Part shown: positions 13,301 to 25,729 of the stretch, one piece after another
Position numbering within the stretch: position 1 is the stretch's first letter
Layout: each line of letters begins with the position of its first letter
DNA from: the human T2T-CHM13v2.0 reference genome, Homo sapiens
Length of the DNA: 64,000 nt
Assembly (NCBI RefSeq): GCF_009914755.1
Contig: NC_060934.1
Reading direction: 5' to 3' (one strand)
Position numbers and translations under genes: made by a program
Notes under the pieces: model-generated
The model's input: only the letters and a program-made list of their open reading frames with translations
Told to the model about the DNA's origin: nothing
Database searches by the model: none

Positions 13301-13656
13301 CCCTCTCTTCACAGACATGAGCCCTCAGCCCCTTGCCCATGACCCAAAATCTGGCTGTGATTTCCCACTCTGGCCAGTTTCCCTAGAGGGGGACATGAGG
13401 GACGTGACACACACTCAAGGTCATTAGTCTCAACAGTCTGGGACTGAGTGTGAGGACCAGGGAAAGAGGGCTCTTGCCATCCCCAGAGCCAGTGATTCAG
13501 AGGGTTTTGGTGGGGGGCCTGGCTGGAGCAGACACCATGGAACCTGAGGGGCTTTGGGAGGCCTTCTACTCTCATGCAAGAGCAAAAAGGCCAGGGCTGA
13601 TTTGTCTAGCCACATGGTGACGTGGAGGAAAACTCCATCATCCCCAGGGAAATGCA

Positions 13657-13838
13657 AGGAAAGGGGGAGGAAGGAGAGAGAAAAAGAGAGGGAGAGGAGG
13701 GAAAGAGGGAGAGAGAGACAGAGACAGACAGAGACAGAGATATAGAGAAGGATAAACAGAGAGGGAGACAGAGACAGAGAGAGAAGAAGACACAGAGAAA
13801 GATACAGATAAAGACAGAAAAGAAGAGAGAGACAGAAA
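13657..13838. repeat. GA-rich/(GAGACA)n simple repeat
   Basis: Purine-rich run visible directly; explains the low-complexity ORFs at 13554-14126. Confidence 0.9.
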
Positions 13839-16269
13839 TATTGGGAGCTTGACAGCCACAGAGCGAGAGACTGAGTGTCTATGATGGGCAGCCAGGTCCC
13901 TCCTATGGGGCCTGTGGATTCTCTCTTGACAGCTGGATGGCCACTCCCCTCTCCTCCTCCTCAGGCCTGCTGCTGGCTCCAAGGAAGCTGCTGAGATAGG
14001 GATAGGGAGAGAGTTCCATGCTAACAAAATGGTGCATACCAGGTGCTCAAGATAGCTATGTGGAGATAGATGCCTACTGCTCTGTCTCCCAACAGCGCAG
14101 ATTTCTGTTTGCCAGAGGGAGATCACCTTCGCTGGCTTGGAAAGTGCCAGGAAAGGGCCAGTGTAGCCAGGTGGGCTTCTGCAGGTGGCCAGTGGTCAGT
14201 GGAGGGGCTGGCACCTTTCTCGGCAGCAGAACCACTTGAGAAGGCCCGGCCCCTCTCTGAGACCAGGCTTCGGCCCCAGCACCCGAAGCCAGCCCCAGTA
14301 GGACACAGACTGGGGCCTCAGGATCATCCACAGTAAAATCAAAACCAACTTTTTCCACGGTACCAGGCCAAGTGTGATAAATTTGGAAAGTAATATTTGC
14401 AAACCGTTTCCCGGCATCTCACAGCAGATTGGCTTGGTGCAGCTGGCATGGCGTGCCCAAGTGTGTGCGGCCGGGACTGAGGGGCTGCTGGGACTGGTGA
14501 AGGTAGGAACGTGGTCGGGAACACCAATTGCATTTCATTAGAGGCTGGTGATGGGGCACTTCCAAGTGGATGGTTTGGAAGCCCACGACAAGGCAATGTG
14601 GGGGGCCAAGCCAGACTACATTATTCACAATGTGGTTTTCTAGCTGCTTCCAAATTTGATTTTGCCAGTTGAGGCTGAGCGAGTTAATCCCCTGGACTTC
14701 ATCTCTTGTGCCTCAATTTCCCAAGCTTCTCCAAGGTGTTGCCCTTTCCTCTCTGACCACTAAATCTGTGGGAATGAGCTCGAAGCCTGCACCCAGTGCT
14801 TCCTGTCTATGCAGCATCTGTATTGACCAAGTCACAAACTGGTCTAAATAATAAATAGGATCAAAGACTGACCCCTGGATGGGGTTGGCTCCACCGCATT
14901 TCTGTGGCTGTCAGTGGCCTTGGCAAGCTGATAGGCGCATCAAAACCTCTTTGGTATAAAAGTCCAGATGAGGGAGATCAGAGAGTGTGTGGGTGCAGAG
15001 CCTCTGGGGAGGACGGGTTTGCAGGCTACACTGTGTTCAGGTGCCCAGGTCAGTAGGGATCCTTCCCTGCAGGTGGCCTCTGAGATGCCTTTCACCCACC
15101 CTGCACTTGTGACATCTTGGCTTGTACCTGGGGACCTCTCTCTGCACCGTACACAGAAACAAATCTCTACCTTGATCTCCTCTGGCCCTCCATTTTCCCT
15201 GCGGCACATCCCTTCCTGAGATTGGGCCCCAGGGCTCCCCTGGCCAATGTAGACTCCCCTGTGCCACCAAGACCCACACCGAGTCCCCATGTGTAGGTGT
15301 CCTCTGCAGGCTGTGCTGGGTTGTGGCGCCAGCCTGTCTTTGTCTGTCACCCACCCTCTGAAACTCAGAGGTGATAGCCAAGTTCACAGGCTTGTCCCAT
15401 GTGTATACAGTCTGCTGGATTCTGTGAAATCAGACATAAACCAGGCACAGAAAGGTACATAATTTTTTTGGTTATTTCTCTATTCCTCATCTCTGTTTAA
15501 AAAATTATGCCTGCAAAGCATGTTTAGTTTGTGTATTTACATAACTTAGCCTTGTGTCAGAAGAGACTCCAGGAGACCAGAATAGGTAGCTTGACTTCAG
15601 GATGAGAAATACTAACCCGCCCAAGCTAAGATGAAGGAAGGGCATCCGCGCTGGATCGGGTGAACTCCCTGTCCTCCCCATGGCCTTCACATGAGCCACC
15701 ATGCCAGTCAACTTCCCTGCTCGTAGGAAGCTCATGTGCAGAATTGGAGAGCCCTCAGAGATTACTCAGAGTCATCTCCCCACTTGACAGAAGACAACAG
15801 CAAGGCCAGAAGAGGGAGGTAAGTTCATCTGCATGGGCTACTGTTCTTTCTCTGCTCTCTGGTTGCTTCCAAGGTCCAAGGGACTCCCTGGTCAGAAGAT
15901 GGCATTTCCATGTGTCTCCTTCTTAAGTATCCCAGTCCACACACCTCACTGGCTCTTGCAGAAATGAGGACCAAGAAACTGCTTGCAATCACCCATCCAC
16001 GGAGGAGGTGAGCACTACCCCCACATTAAAATGCAAGGGATCTTGCAAAGGGCCGCTCCATATTTATGAGCATTACTGAATCAAAGTGTCTGAGCAAAGG
16101 CTCTAGGGATCCCTGAGAAAAGAGGTGGGCAGGCCCATTTTTTAGCCTTCTGAAGCCATTTATTTTAAAGAAATACTGAGGGGTACTAAGACATTCCTTT
16201 GGGAGCAGTTGTGTCAGCCTCCTAATTTAGGTGTCTGATTGATTTCCTTCTACGACTGTTTCATTTTAA

Positions 16270-16660
16270 AAGTGCATTTTCTTCTGATAAACTCATCTGT
16301 GTTACACACACACACAAAATGCATAAAGAAGAAAACAACCATCCTCCGAATTGTACCACTCAGAGCATTTTAGTTAATATGTTGGTAAATTTCTTCAGGC
16401 TGTGGATACCTAGTGACAAGGGAGAGACATAACAGAAGGATTTTCTTTCTGTTAACACTGTTGGTATTGTGTCATGCAATGCTGTGGGAACCTTATTTTG
16501 CTTACATATTTGTCTGTTTTTCTGATCATTCCTATTCATAGATTCCTGTAAGGGGGATTGCCAGGCCAAAGAGTATGAATACTTTGAATATGTATTGCCA
16601 GTTTGTCCTCCAGAAACTCATGTTATTTGCTTTCCAGGAGTGTGAAAGTACACACCATCA
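16270..16660 (-). mobile_element. Ancient L1 (L1ME-type) fragment
   Basis: tagattcctgtaagggggattgccaggccaaagagtatg...tattgccagtttgtcctccagaaa resembles antisense L1M ORF2 end/3'UTR. Confidence 0.6.
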
Positions 16661-16944
16661 GTCTTTAAAAAAGAACAGGATTGGAAATGACTCAAAAGTT
16701 AATCTGGGGACGAGATATCTAGTGACCAGATGCCAGTCCATTCCCCATTTGAATCAGGGGCGCCTGAGCCATGGGGAGGTGTTGGGGGATGGAGAGCTAG
16801 TGCCTGCCAGTGGGGCTGCACGCCTGCGGGTGGTTAGGTTGGCTCTTTGTCCCAGGGCCTAGAGGTGGCTTCTGGGCTAAGGTGACTGAGGCCGTGCAGA
16901 GTTTGTGTCTGCACCCATGCCTGGTCACCACCTCTGTCACAGTC

Positions 16945-18296
16945 CATCTAGTTTCTACGATTCCATATTAAATGTAGGGGACTTTGTAAAGAAAAAGGAT
17001 AACAAAATTGTGAGTACAAAACTAGGTGTAAAAGTGAATACTTATTCAAAATGATACAAGAATTAAAATGAACTACACATTTTTTAAAAGCTGATAAATA
17101 ATGTAAACATCACAAAACTCTGCAAAAACATATTATTTACTGGCTTCCAGACATACTGTGTAATATTTTCCTTCTTGTATTTTTGGCTAGGTACTTGCTG
17201 TTTCCCTCTTCATATGACAATGATTTTCTAGAGTCATAATAGAAAGGTAATTTCAGTCTTTCCTCTGGCAGTGCTGGTCAAACAGCATTTTCTGAAAAAA
17301 TCGGTAGTTGAGAAAAATTTATTTCAACTTCATGATGAATTGATAATGTCATATAAATTATAATAAATTGTTGAAAAAATTAGGGAAGACTTGAACCATG
17401 TTTCTATCCCATCTGAGCTGTATGACTTTAGGGCATGTCAAATTTTCTGTATGGTGATTGACCTGAAATGCTCTCTGAATGACAAATACACTTCTAGACC
17501 CACATTTTAATGGTATTCATGTTTAGTGTCTTCTTTGTTTTTGTCAGTTTTGATTAATTCATCAATAAATTTAAAAGTTTCCCCAATGTCTTCATAGGAC
17601 TCACTTCTCTTGATTAGATTACTAAATATTCCAAGAGCCTGATTATTATTTTTATTAGGCATTTATTTCTACTTCTTCATGGTAAAATATGAACATTTAA
17701 AAACATAATTTTATTAACAGTAAATTCTTTCTTTCTTTTTTCCTTTCCTTTTTTTTTTTTTTTTTTGAGACAGGGTCTTGCTCTGTCACCCTGGCTGGAG
17801 TGTAGTGGTGTGATCATAGCTCACTGTAGCCTCAACATTCTGAGCTCAAGTGATCTTCCCACCTCAGCCTCCCAAAGTGCTTAGATTAAAGGTGAGAGCC
17901 ACCATGCCTGGCCCCATTAATCATTATCTAATTTTTTTCTCTGTTCCTTAATTAAAAATTTAAGGATGACAAAATCATATTTCTGTCCAAAGTGGAAGAC
18001 CATAACTTCTCATTTGTTTTATTGCAACTTTTCAAAGCATCTTTCCAGATTATAGATTAAATAACATATTCTCAGCTGAACCTCTCTGGATCCCCCATAT
18101 GCCTGGGGCCACTCCAGTGCCACCTGATGGGGGCAGAGTGCATTGTGTGGGACACAGGGGAGGTCCCAGTAGAATGAGAGGTTATCTTCTTACTTACATT
18201 GATTGCTAGAGCCACTCCTGGGGCTTTGGAAGGGGTTCCTACAAATGAGAGGCCTGTGCTGGAAGCATCATTAGCTTCAAGGTAAATCTACTTCTT
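16945..18296 (-). mobile_element. Zaphod/MER115-type hAT-Tip100 DNA transposon, internally deleted, with a transposase C-terminal remnant
   Basis: Left subterminus aagaaaaaggataacaaaatt...actaggtgtaaaagtgaata; right terminus cattagcttcaaggtaaatctacttc. Minus strand 17265-17223 reads EERL(frameshift)NYLSIMTLEN, like the hAT dimerisation domain. Confidence 0.75.
17725..17913 (-). mobile_element. Alu monomer (AluJ-derived/FRAM-like) inserted in the hAT element
   Basis: poly-T then gagacagggtcttgctctgtcacc...gatcatagctcactgtagcctc...cccaaagtgc...accatgcctggcc, one arm length only. Confidence 0.9.
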
Positions 18297-19924
18297 ATAT
18301 CAGTTCTGAATTTCACCCCTGAATCTGCCCCACCTGCAGGCATCCTGGAGGTTCATCCCACCCCCGCTGCTTCTTGAGTGGTTCTGGGTGCAGGGTGAGC
18401 ATCAATGAGTAGGAGGGCTGGCAGAGACCCCATCCTGGGACACATCATCAGACATCATTTTGCTGGAGGTGGAGCCAAAACCCTTTGCACGGTTGGGCTT
18501 TGGGGCCCAGCACTGACCCATAAACTCTGGCTGCCTTAGTTTCCTTTCCTTCCTGATTCCTGGAGGACAAGGCCCTTCAGCTCTGCTACTGTGTCCCCCT
18601 TTTGGTCCCTCAAAAGACTCGACAGTTCCCATCATCATGAGCAAAGTCTGTTTTGGGGAAAGGCTGTTTTGGGCCCTCCCTTCTCGCCCTGCCTTCCTGC
18701 TTACCTCAGCTCTTTGATTTCTGTGGCTTCTTTTATTCCTGTCCTACGGTAGCTGGATAATTGCAGAAGCAGCAGCCTGGCCAAGGGATCCAATCCCAGC
18801 TCCTCACTCTACCTGATGCACCCCTGGGCACAGGCATTCTCATCCTGGGCAACTGTGTGACCTTTGGTGACCTGCTTCAACATGGTGAGTCTGACAGGGT
18901 CCCACCACAATCCCTAATCCATGATCCGGAGGCTCCCAGCAGAACAGTTAACAGGGAAGAAGGAGGAGGGAGGGCGGAAAGAAACCAGGCACAGCACTTC
19001 CTCTTTGGCTGCGCTTGCTCTGTGGCCAGCCTATGTCCAGGGCCTTGTTCTGTTCCTCCAGCCCCTCTGGATCCTGGCTGTCCCCCAGATCCCAACAGAA
19101 TTGTCAGGTAGGGCAGTGTGCACTGGGCACTGCACCAAGGTCTCCTGCAGCTCCAGCTCTGGCTCTGTTCTCACCAACGGCTGGGCAGGAAGAGTTGGAG
19201 GGGCTCTGTCTTCCTCATGCACCCACAATTGCAGTCTTAGGCACGTGGAGTGCTGTGAGATGCACAACAGTCCCCGTGGAAAAAACCTGAAAGGAGCACA
19301 AAACCAAGTGGCCTGGCCCCAAAGCACTGCAGCCTACCTTTATCCTTTAAATTAAATGGGTGCAAGAGTCATCAACCCAGGCATATCAACTCTCAGCTGC
19401 CTCTGTCAGGGGTGAGCTCCCTGGACCGGAACAAGGGGGCTTCCTGGCTGCCTCTCCCATGACCTCCCTCACTGTCAGGGAGTAAGATTGCCTTCCCCTT
19501 CCCTGAGAATGCTCCAAATAAGTCCCTGTGCCTCACCCAGTCACTAATCTCATTTCCTGTCCCTTGCTAGAATGACCAAGAGTGGGAATTCCTCTTCTTT
19601 GAGGCACCACCACCTCCTCCCTGGAGAGAGAGGCCTGTCAGGTGGAGTCTCTAGTGAGAGGACTTTCGGCCTTTCTACCCCAAAGCATTAGTCTAGGCAC
19701 TGGCTTCAAAAGAGTACAGCTAGCCCAGGAGACGTGGGACTAGTGGCCACAGCTTAGCAGGCCAGTGTGGGCTCCTGACAAACCCACATCTAATGGCCAG
19801 GAAAGCCTAGGAAACCACAGCTGTGCACTGCTTCTAGATCTAGGAAGAAGGTGCTGTACTCATTCTCATTACAAACTCTTTAAAATAGGGTTGTTTTTGT
19901 CCTTAAGTCAAGTCAATATAATTC

Positions 19925-21330
19925 GAAATAGTGAGAAAACAAACCACAGACTGGGAGAAAAATTTGAAAAAAACACATCTTACAAAGGACTATCACCTAA
20001 AATATACAAGTAACTCTTAAACTCAATAAGAAAACGAACAACCTGATTTAAAAAATGGGCAAAAGACGTGAACGGACACCTCACCAAAGAAGATACAAGT
20101 TGGCAAATAAGTGTTTGAATAGATGCTCAATGTCATATGTCATTATGGAGTTGCAAATTAAAACAGGATCCAACTATATACCAGTACAATGAACACAATC
20201 CAAAGCCCGGGAAATACCAATGTTGGGAGGATGTGAAGCAACAATGCTCTCATTTGTTGGTGGGAATGAAACGTGGTACAGTTTCCTTTGGAAGACAGTT
20301 TGACATTTCTTTAAAAACTAAGCATACTCTTACCATAGGATCCAGCAGTCACACTCCTTGGCATTTTCCCCAAAGAGTTGAAAACTTATGTCCACACAAC
20401 CAGCACCCCCAAAACTAATGTTTATTGCAGTTTTCTTCATAACTGCCAAAACTTGGAAGCATCAAATTGTCCTTCAGTAGGTGAATGGATAAACTGTGGC
20501 ACATCCAGGCACATGGAATATGATTCAGTGCTAAAAAGCAATGAGCTGTCAAGACATGGAAAGACATGGGGGAAACTTAAATGCATATTGCTAAGTGAAA
20601 AAGGCCACTCTGAAAAGGCTACACACTGTATGATTCTAACTATATGACATTCTGGAAAAGGCAAAACTATGGAGACAATTAAAAGATCAGTGGTTGCCAG
20701 GGGTTGGGGGGACAGAGGGATGCATCGGCAGAGCACAGAGGTTTTTTAGGGCCATGAAGCTATTCTGTGTGATACTACGATGTGGATACCATTGAGAGAG
20801 TGCCGGGGATGGCAGGACTGTCAAACTCACCCAGAAAGGAGGGAATGAGACTTCGGGGTGGGGAGCTGCTGCCTTTCTATGGCCCTGTTCCACCCAAACT
20901 AGGACTGTGGACCGTGCTGTCACCACCATCAGTGGGGGGTGGGGATGGGAGGCAGGCAGTGTCACTCTGGTGGAGGTCTCCCCACGTGGCCTCAGAAAGC
21001 CTGAGAAGGGGCTCATCCTCCACCATGCCTCCAATGATAGGTGATGGCACACACTGGCCCTCTTCCCTCACTTGACACAATGGTGGATACATGACATTAT
21101 TAACCCCCATAAAATGTGCAACACCAAGAGTAAACTCAAATTAATCATGGACTCTGGGTGATACTGGTGTGTCACTGTAGGCTCATCAATTGTAACAAAT
21201 GCACCACTCTGGCGGGAGATGTTGATAATGGGGGAGGCGGTGCATGTGTGGGGCAGAGGGTATAAGGGAAATCTCTGTAGTTTTTGCTGTGAACCTACAG
21301 GTGCTCTAAAATTATAGTTGACTAAAAAAA
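19925..21330 (+). mobile_element. L1MC1-like LINE 3' portion (ORF2 end + 3'UTR), interrupted at 20794-21078
   Basis: acagactgggagaaaa...aaatgggcaaaagac...cacctcaccaaagaagata; 3'UTR tggtggatacatgacattat...caattgtaacaaatgcaccactctgg...ttttgctgtgaacct. Confidence 0.85.
20794..21078 (+). repeat. Local duplicate copy A (paralog of 22933-23216)
   Basis: Manual alignment gives ~85% identity over ~285 bp, same orientation. Confidence 0.95.
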
Positions 21331-21599
21331 CCAATATATTCAGTATTTTGCAACTTATTTTAATAGCCTCTTCCATGGAATCTATTCCATTGATGTTTAC
21401 TAATCCCTGCTTCATGCTAGACCTGCCCAAGGCCCTGAGGACACAGTTGAGAAACAGGCTGCCCTGATTTCTGTATTCAAGGCACCATAATCCCTCACGG
21501 AAGAAAGTCATTACACAAGTGTAAACAACACATTACAGTTCAAAACACAGTAAGGTTTTTTCAGTCTTCCTGTATTCCAGAGAGCGGGGGGTCTCAGGT

Positions 21600-22400
21600 C
21601 AATCTGGAGGGCGATGGGCTTCCCTGCAGAAGTGCCATCTAATGCCATCTGAGACTGAAGGTGGCCGCAGTTGGCTGAGCAAAGTGTGGGAATGAGAGGC
21701 CGTGCAGAGGGACACACGTGTGGGAGCCTTGATGGGAAAGAGCCGATGCTTCTGAGAACAAAAAGGAGACTTCTGTGGCTGGAGTTCTGAAGAAGGGGCA
21801 GAAGCCAGCCCTGTAGTGCCTGGGCCCCCGTCAGCCATCCAGTTTCCCTCCAAATGCACTGGGAGGATTTGAAGGGCTTTAAACGACTGTGTGACATGAT
21901 CAGATTTGTGTCTAAGAACTATTATATTGGGTAGTACACAGAATGGATTTGATGGGGCCAAGGTGGGAATGGAAGACTAGTTTAGGGGCTAGCACATAAC
22001 CCGGGCAAAGAAACCATGTTGGCCTTTGCAGAGAGAGATGTGAACAGGGCCAGGAGTTCTCAGTTTGACCTACCCTGACTCAGAGCCTGATTGGACACGG
22101 GTGTTGAGAGAGGGGCCAGTGTCTAAGGACAGTACCATGTTCTGGAGGACCCTGGAGGAGCAGATCTGGAGAAGCAGATGTCAAGTGGATGTAGACCTGG
22201 GAGCTTCGGCAGCTGTCAGACGGCTGAGGGAGGTGTGCACAGGATTGGATGTGTGCACCTGGATCCCTGCACACAGCCTGGGCGGGAGACATAAATCTGA
22301 GCAGAGAGCCGGTAATTGGAGCCTTGTGGCCGATGAAGTCATCTAAGGGGAACGTGTGGGCTGAGGAGAGCAGGGAACAGGGCCATGATCGCTGCCACAT
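21600..22400 (-). mobile_element. L2 LINE fragment
   Basis: tgtggctggag...tgaagggctttaaacgactgtgtgacatgatcagatttgtgtct...gaatggattt...ggaagactagtttaggggct. Confidence 0.7.
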
Positions 22401-22932
22401 CTGTGGACTTCGGGAGCTGGAGGCAAGACACCATTGGATTATCAGCAATGCGAGGCACAGCAAAATCTAGAGCCCAAGGCTTGCTTGATGCTCTGCAGCT
22501 GACAAAAGCTTCCCACCAAATGAGGTTCCCAGGGCTTCTCACCCAAGCCCTGAGAGACAAGTGTACTGCTACCGATGGGGACTTTGCAGTGTGGAGGAAA
22601 GAGCGCAGGGGTGGGAATGGCAGAGACTGAGGCTCACATGCACAGGGTGATAATTCCCGCCTGGAGAGTTATGGCACAAAATGACACGAGGGATTGACAA
22701 AGCTCCAGGCACCTCGTCTGACACATGGTAGGGTTGTTGAGGTTTTAAGGGACTCATAAATAACACCCCATTATTCCTCTTCTCCACTTACATCTAGCTG
22801 AGAAGTGAAATGCAGGAGATGGAGAACTGGAGAAGGAGCAGCAGCTTCCTCACGGCACTGCCGATGGAGCAGCAGGCCCACACTCACCTCCCTAACCCTG
22901 TGCCCACTCCCTGTCACTTTTCCGACAGCCCC

Positions 22933-23216
22933 GAGAGAATGCTGGAGCAGGCAAGACTGTCAAAGTGACCCAGAGAGGAGGGAATGAGACTCCGGAGTGG
23001 GGGGTTGCCTTTCTATGGTTCTGTCCTACCCAAACTAGGACTCTGGACTGTCCCATCGCCACCAGCAGTGGGGGGTGGGGATGGGAGGCAGGCAGTGTCA
23101 CTCTGGTAGAGATCTCCCACATGGTTTCAGAAAGCCTGGGGAGAAGGGGCTCGCCTTCCACCACGCCTCCAACCATAGGCGATTGCACACACTGGCCCTG
23201 TTTCCTCGGTTGACAC
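22933..23216 (+). repeat. Local duplicate copy B (probable source of 20794-21078)
   Basis: Same alignment; embedded in continuous unique sequence. Confidence 0.95.
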
Positions 23217-25729
23217 GTAAAACCAAGACCAACAAGTAGAGGAGCGAGTATGTGCTCACAGGGCTTCTCACTCCAGTCTGGCCAGTGCCTGATGGCAGGG
23301 CTTGGTGCCTGCAGCTTGTCCTTGAGGACCCCTCCTCCCTGGCCTTAGCTGAGTTTTGGGTGGGTCCCAAAGGTAGCCCTGAGCTGGGGTGGTGGGAATG
23401 GTGGCTGTGTCTCGGGGCTTTGCTTCTTAACCCTGGGAGCTCTTCCTTCCGACCTCTGCTGTGGGGCCATGCCTTGCCGCCTCCCCATTCTCTCCTTTAG
23501 GTACTGGCTTCAGACTCATGAGGGGACGACTCTTTCTTCCCCATTGGTTATGTCTGTCACATGTGAGCTCTGCAGTCTGAGACCAGCTCCCTTCAATGTG
23601 GCGTTTGGAGCACTGGGACACGGCCACAGTGTGGGTGGGGTATACTAACTTGGGTATCGCCTGGTGGCTGAGCTCAGAGAGACAAGAAAAATGAAACCCA
23701 GCCCCAGCTCAGAGATCACCCACTTCTGCCCAGGGCTCAGTGCGGCTCAGTCAGCCTGCTGGATATGGTAACACCGGAGGTTGTGGGATGTGCCTGTCTC
23801 TAAAGTCTCCTCTCTTCCTTGTCCACCCTCCTCTCTGTCCAAGGACTCCCTTCCTCTGCCTTGCTAATTCTCCCTAGAGCTGTCAGGGTCAGTTGTGACA
23901 GCTGACTCTGGAACCAGCTGTCTGGAACAGAGAGAGGCAAAACCCTAAAGGTGACTGCTTGTGTCTGGATGTGGGAAGGTGGAGTGAGTGTGATTCCAGT
24001 CGAATTCCTCATCCCAGGCCAAGCAAAGCCTGGTGGAGGAAATTTCTCACCTGCCTTGGATGCCAGGCCAGATGGGGCATCACCTGAAGCAAAGGAGTTC
24101 ATAATTCAAAACAACAAGAATAACTTAAGCGGCAGGCATATGCCTTGCTTCCCAAATACTCTTTGAATTTCTGGCACTTCTGCCTGGCTGGAAATAATTC
24201 AGTCTCAGTTATATTGAAGGTTCCTTTTGAATCCTGGGCTTATGAAGGTCCCACAAGAGCAGCAAGCAAGTCCTCCAACCCACCCGTTAGGGCTATAATG
24301 TGGAGAACACAGCCTACCTGGTCTCCTCAAGGCCAGGGGCACCGTGCATCTGGACCCCAAGGTCACAGCAACCTGCACAGGAGTGGAAATTCCATGCCTC
24401 CCTCTAGCAGTTGCTTTCAGAAGTTGCTTTCCTCAGCACCGACAGCTAGCCAGGCAGGGTCTCTCCTCCAGGAGCCATGGACTTTGCCTCCCTCGATGGC
24501 TGCACAATCTTTCCTCTTTCCCTCCCGGCTTCTGCAGCTAACTTCTTTCTTCTTCCCAACACACTTCCTGACGTTTGAAGAACAAGAGCTAGGAACAGGG
24601 GTACTCTCTGAGAACCTTCTGTTTTCTGCCCTGCTGCCCCCCCAGGAGGTAGAGAGCACAGAGGCTTCCAGCCTCCAACAGGGCAGGACGTGGAGAGACC
24701 CCCACAAAAGTCGTATCCCAGGGAATTTTCCTGCCAACATCACATCATCTGTCCCATGTGTGATGCCACTGTTTTCCACTTGTCATCTCCATGCTTCCTA
24801 GACTGGGGCCCGAGGGTCTTTGGGAGAACTTGGGGGATCCTGAGCCTCAGGATAGACTTTGCATATCAGTGGCCAATAAAGGAAACTGATGAAATCACAG
24901 CATATTTTTGAAAGCTCTGTTGTGCAAGAAGACCCTGAACGATGTTTGCTGTGAGTATAACAACTGTACTGATTCCAGAATTCACAAGAGGAGTTGGAGA
25001 ATTGGGATGGGATTCTCCACTTTCTTCCTTGAAGCCCACCTTCCCAGATTCCTTCTCTGCTGTGGGGCTTTAGGTCTAACTCTTTGGGAGCAACCCCATG
25101 GTCTTTCTGATGCTAAGACTGAGATGTCTTTTCCTTCTTGGACTCCATCTCCTTCCCCTCCTCCAGGGCTTTGTCTGCCGCCTGATCCCAAGAGGGTCCC
25201 ACCCTGGCCTTGTGCTGGGGGTCCAGTCTTCAAGCTCCCTGAGTTCCCTGCTCAGAGACACCAGGCTTAGACAGTGGGGTGAGCAGATGCTATAAGGGGC
25301 CTTGGTAGTACTAGTCCGTAATGACTGAAAAATTATCAGATATTTCACCCTTCCCAGTTAATCCTACGGGCACCCTCTATACCTTATTCTACTGAAAGAA
25401 TGTCTTTCTCTGTCATCCCAGCCTGATGTGTGTCTCAGGAAAGAGAAAGAAGGCAAAAGGAGAGGAAAAGAAAACCTTCTGCCAGGTATGCCACATACTA
25501 TAAAAACAAACAGGGATGTATTATGAAAGAGAGTAAAAACTTCTGCCTGAATTTTAAAGATAATAAGTAAGACTTTGAAGAAATTTCTGGATGCCACCCC
25601 TTTAGGTCTATGCCTAAATGGCATAGACTGAGTTATGTATTTACTCACTTGGAGGTAAGTCGCTGAAACAGTCTGAAATGTGCTGCCTTCACCCTTCTTA
25701 ATCTTTTCCTTGCTGTTTTGTAAGTAGTT

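Noticed and set aside
13554-14126. Charged E/R/K-rich and S/L-rich ORFs
   Set aside because: Translations of the GA microsatellite
24145-24801. 218-aa ORF
   Set aside because: Non-ATG start, no recognisable homology; this length is plausible by chance in GC-rich DNA
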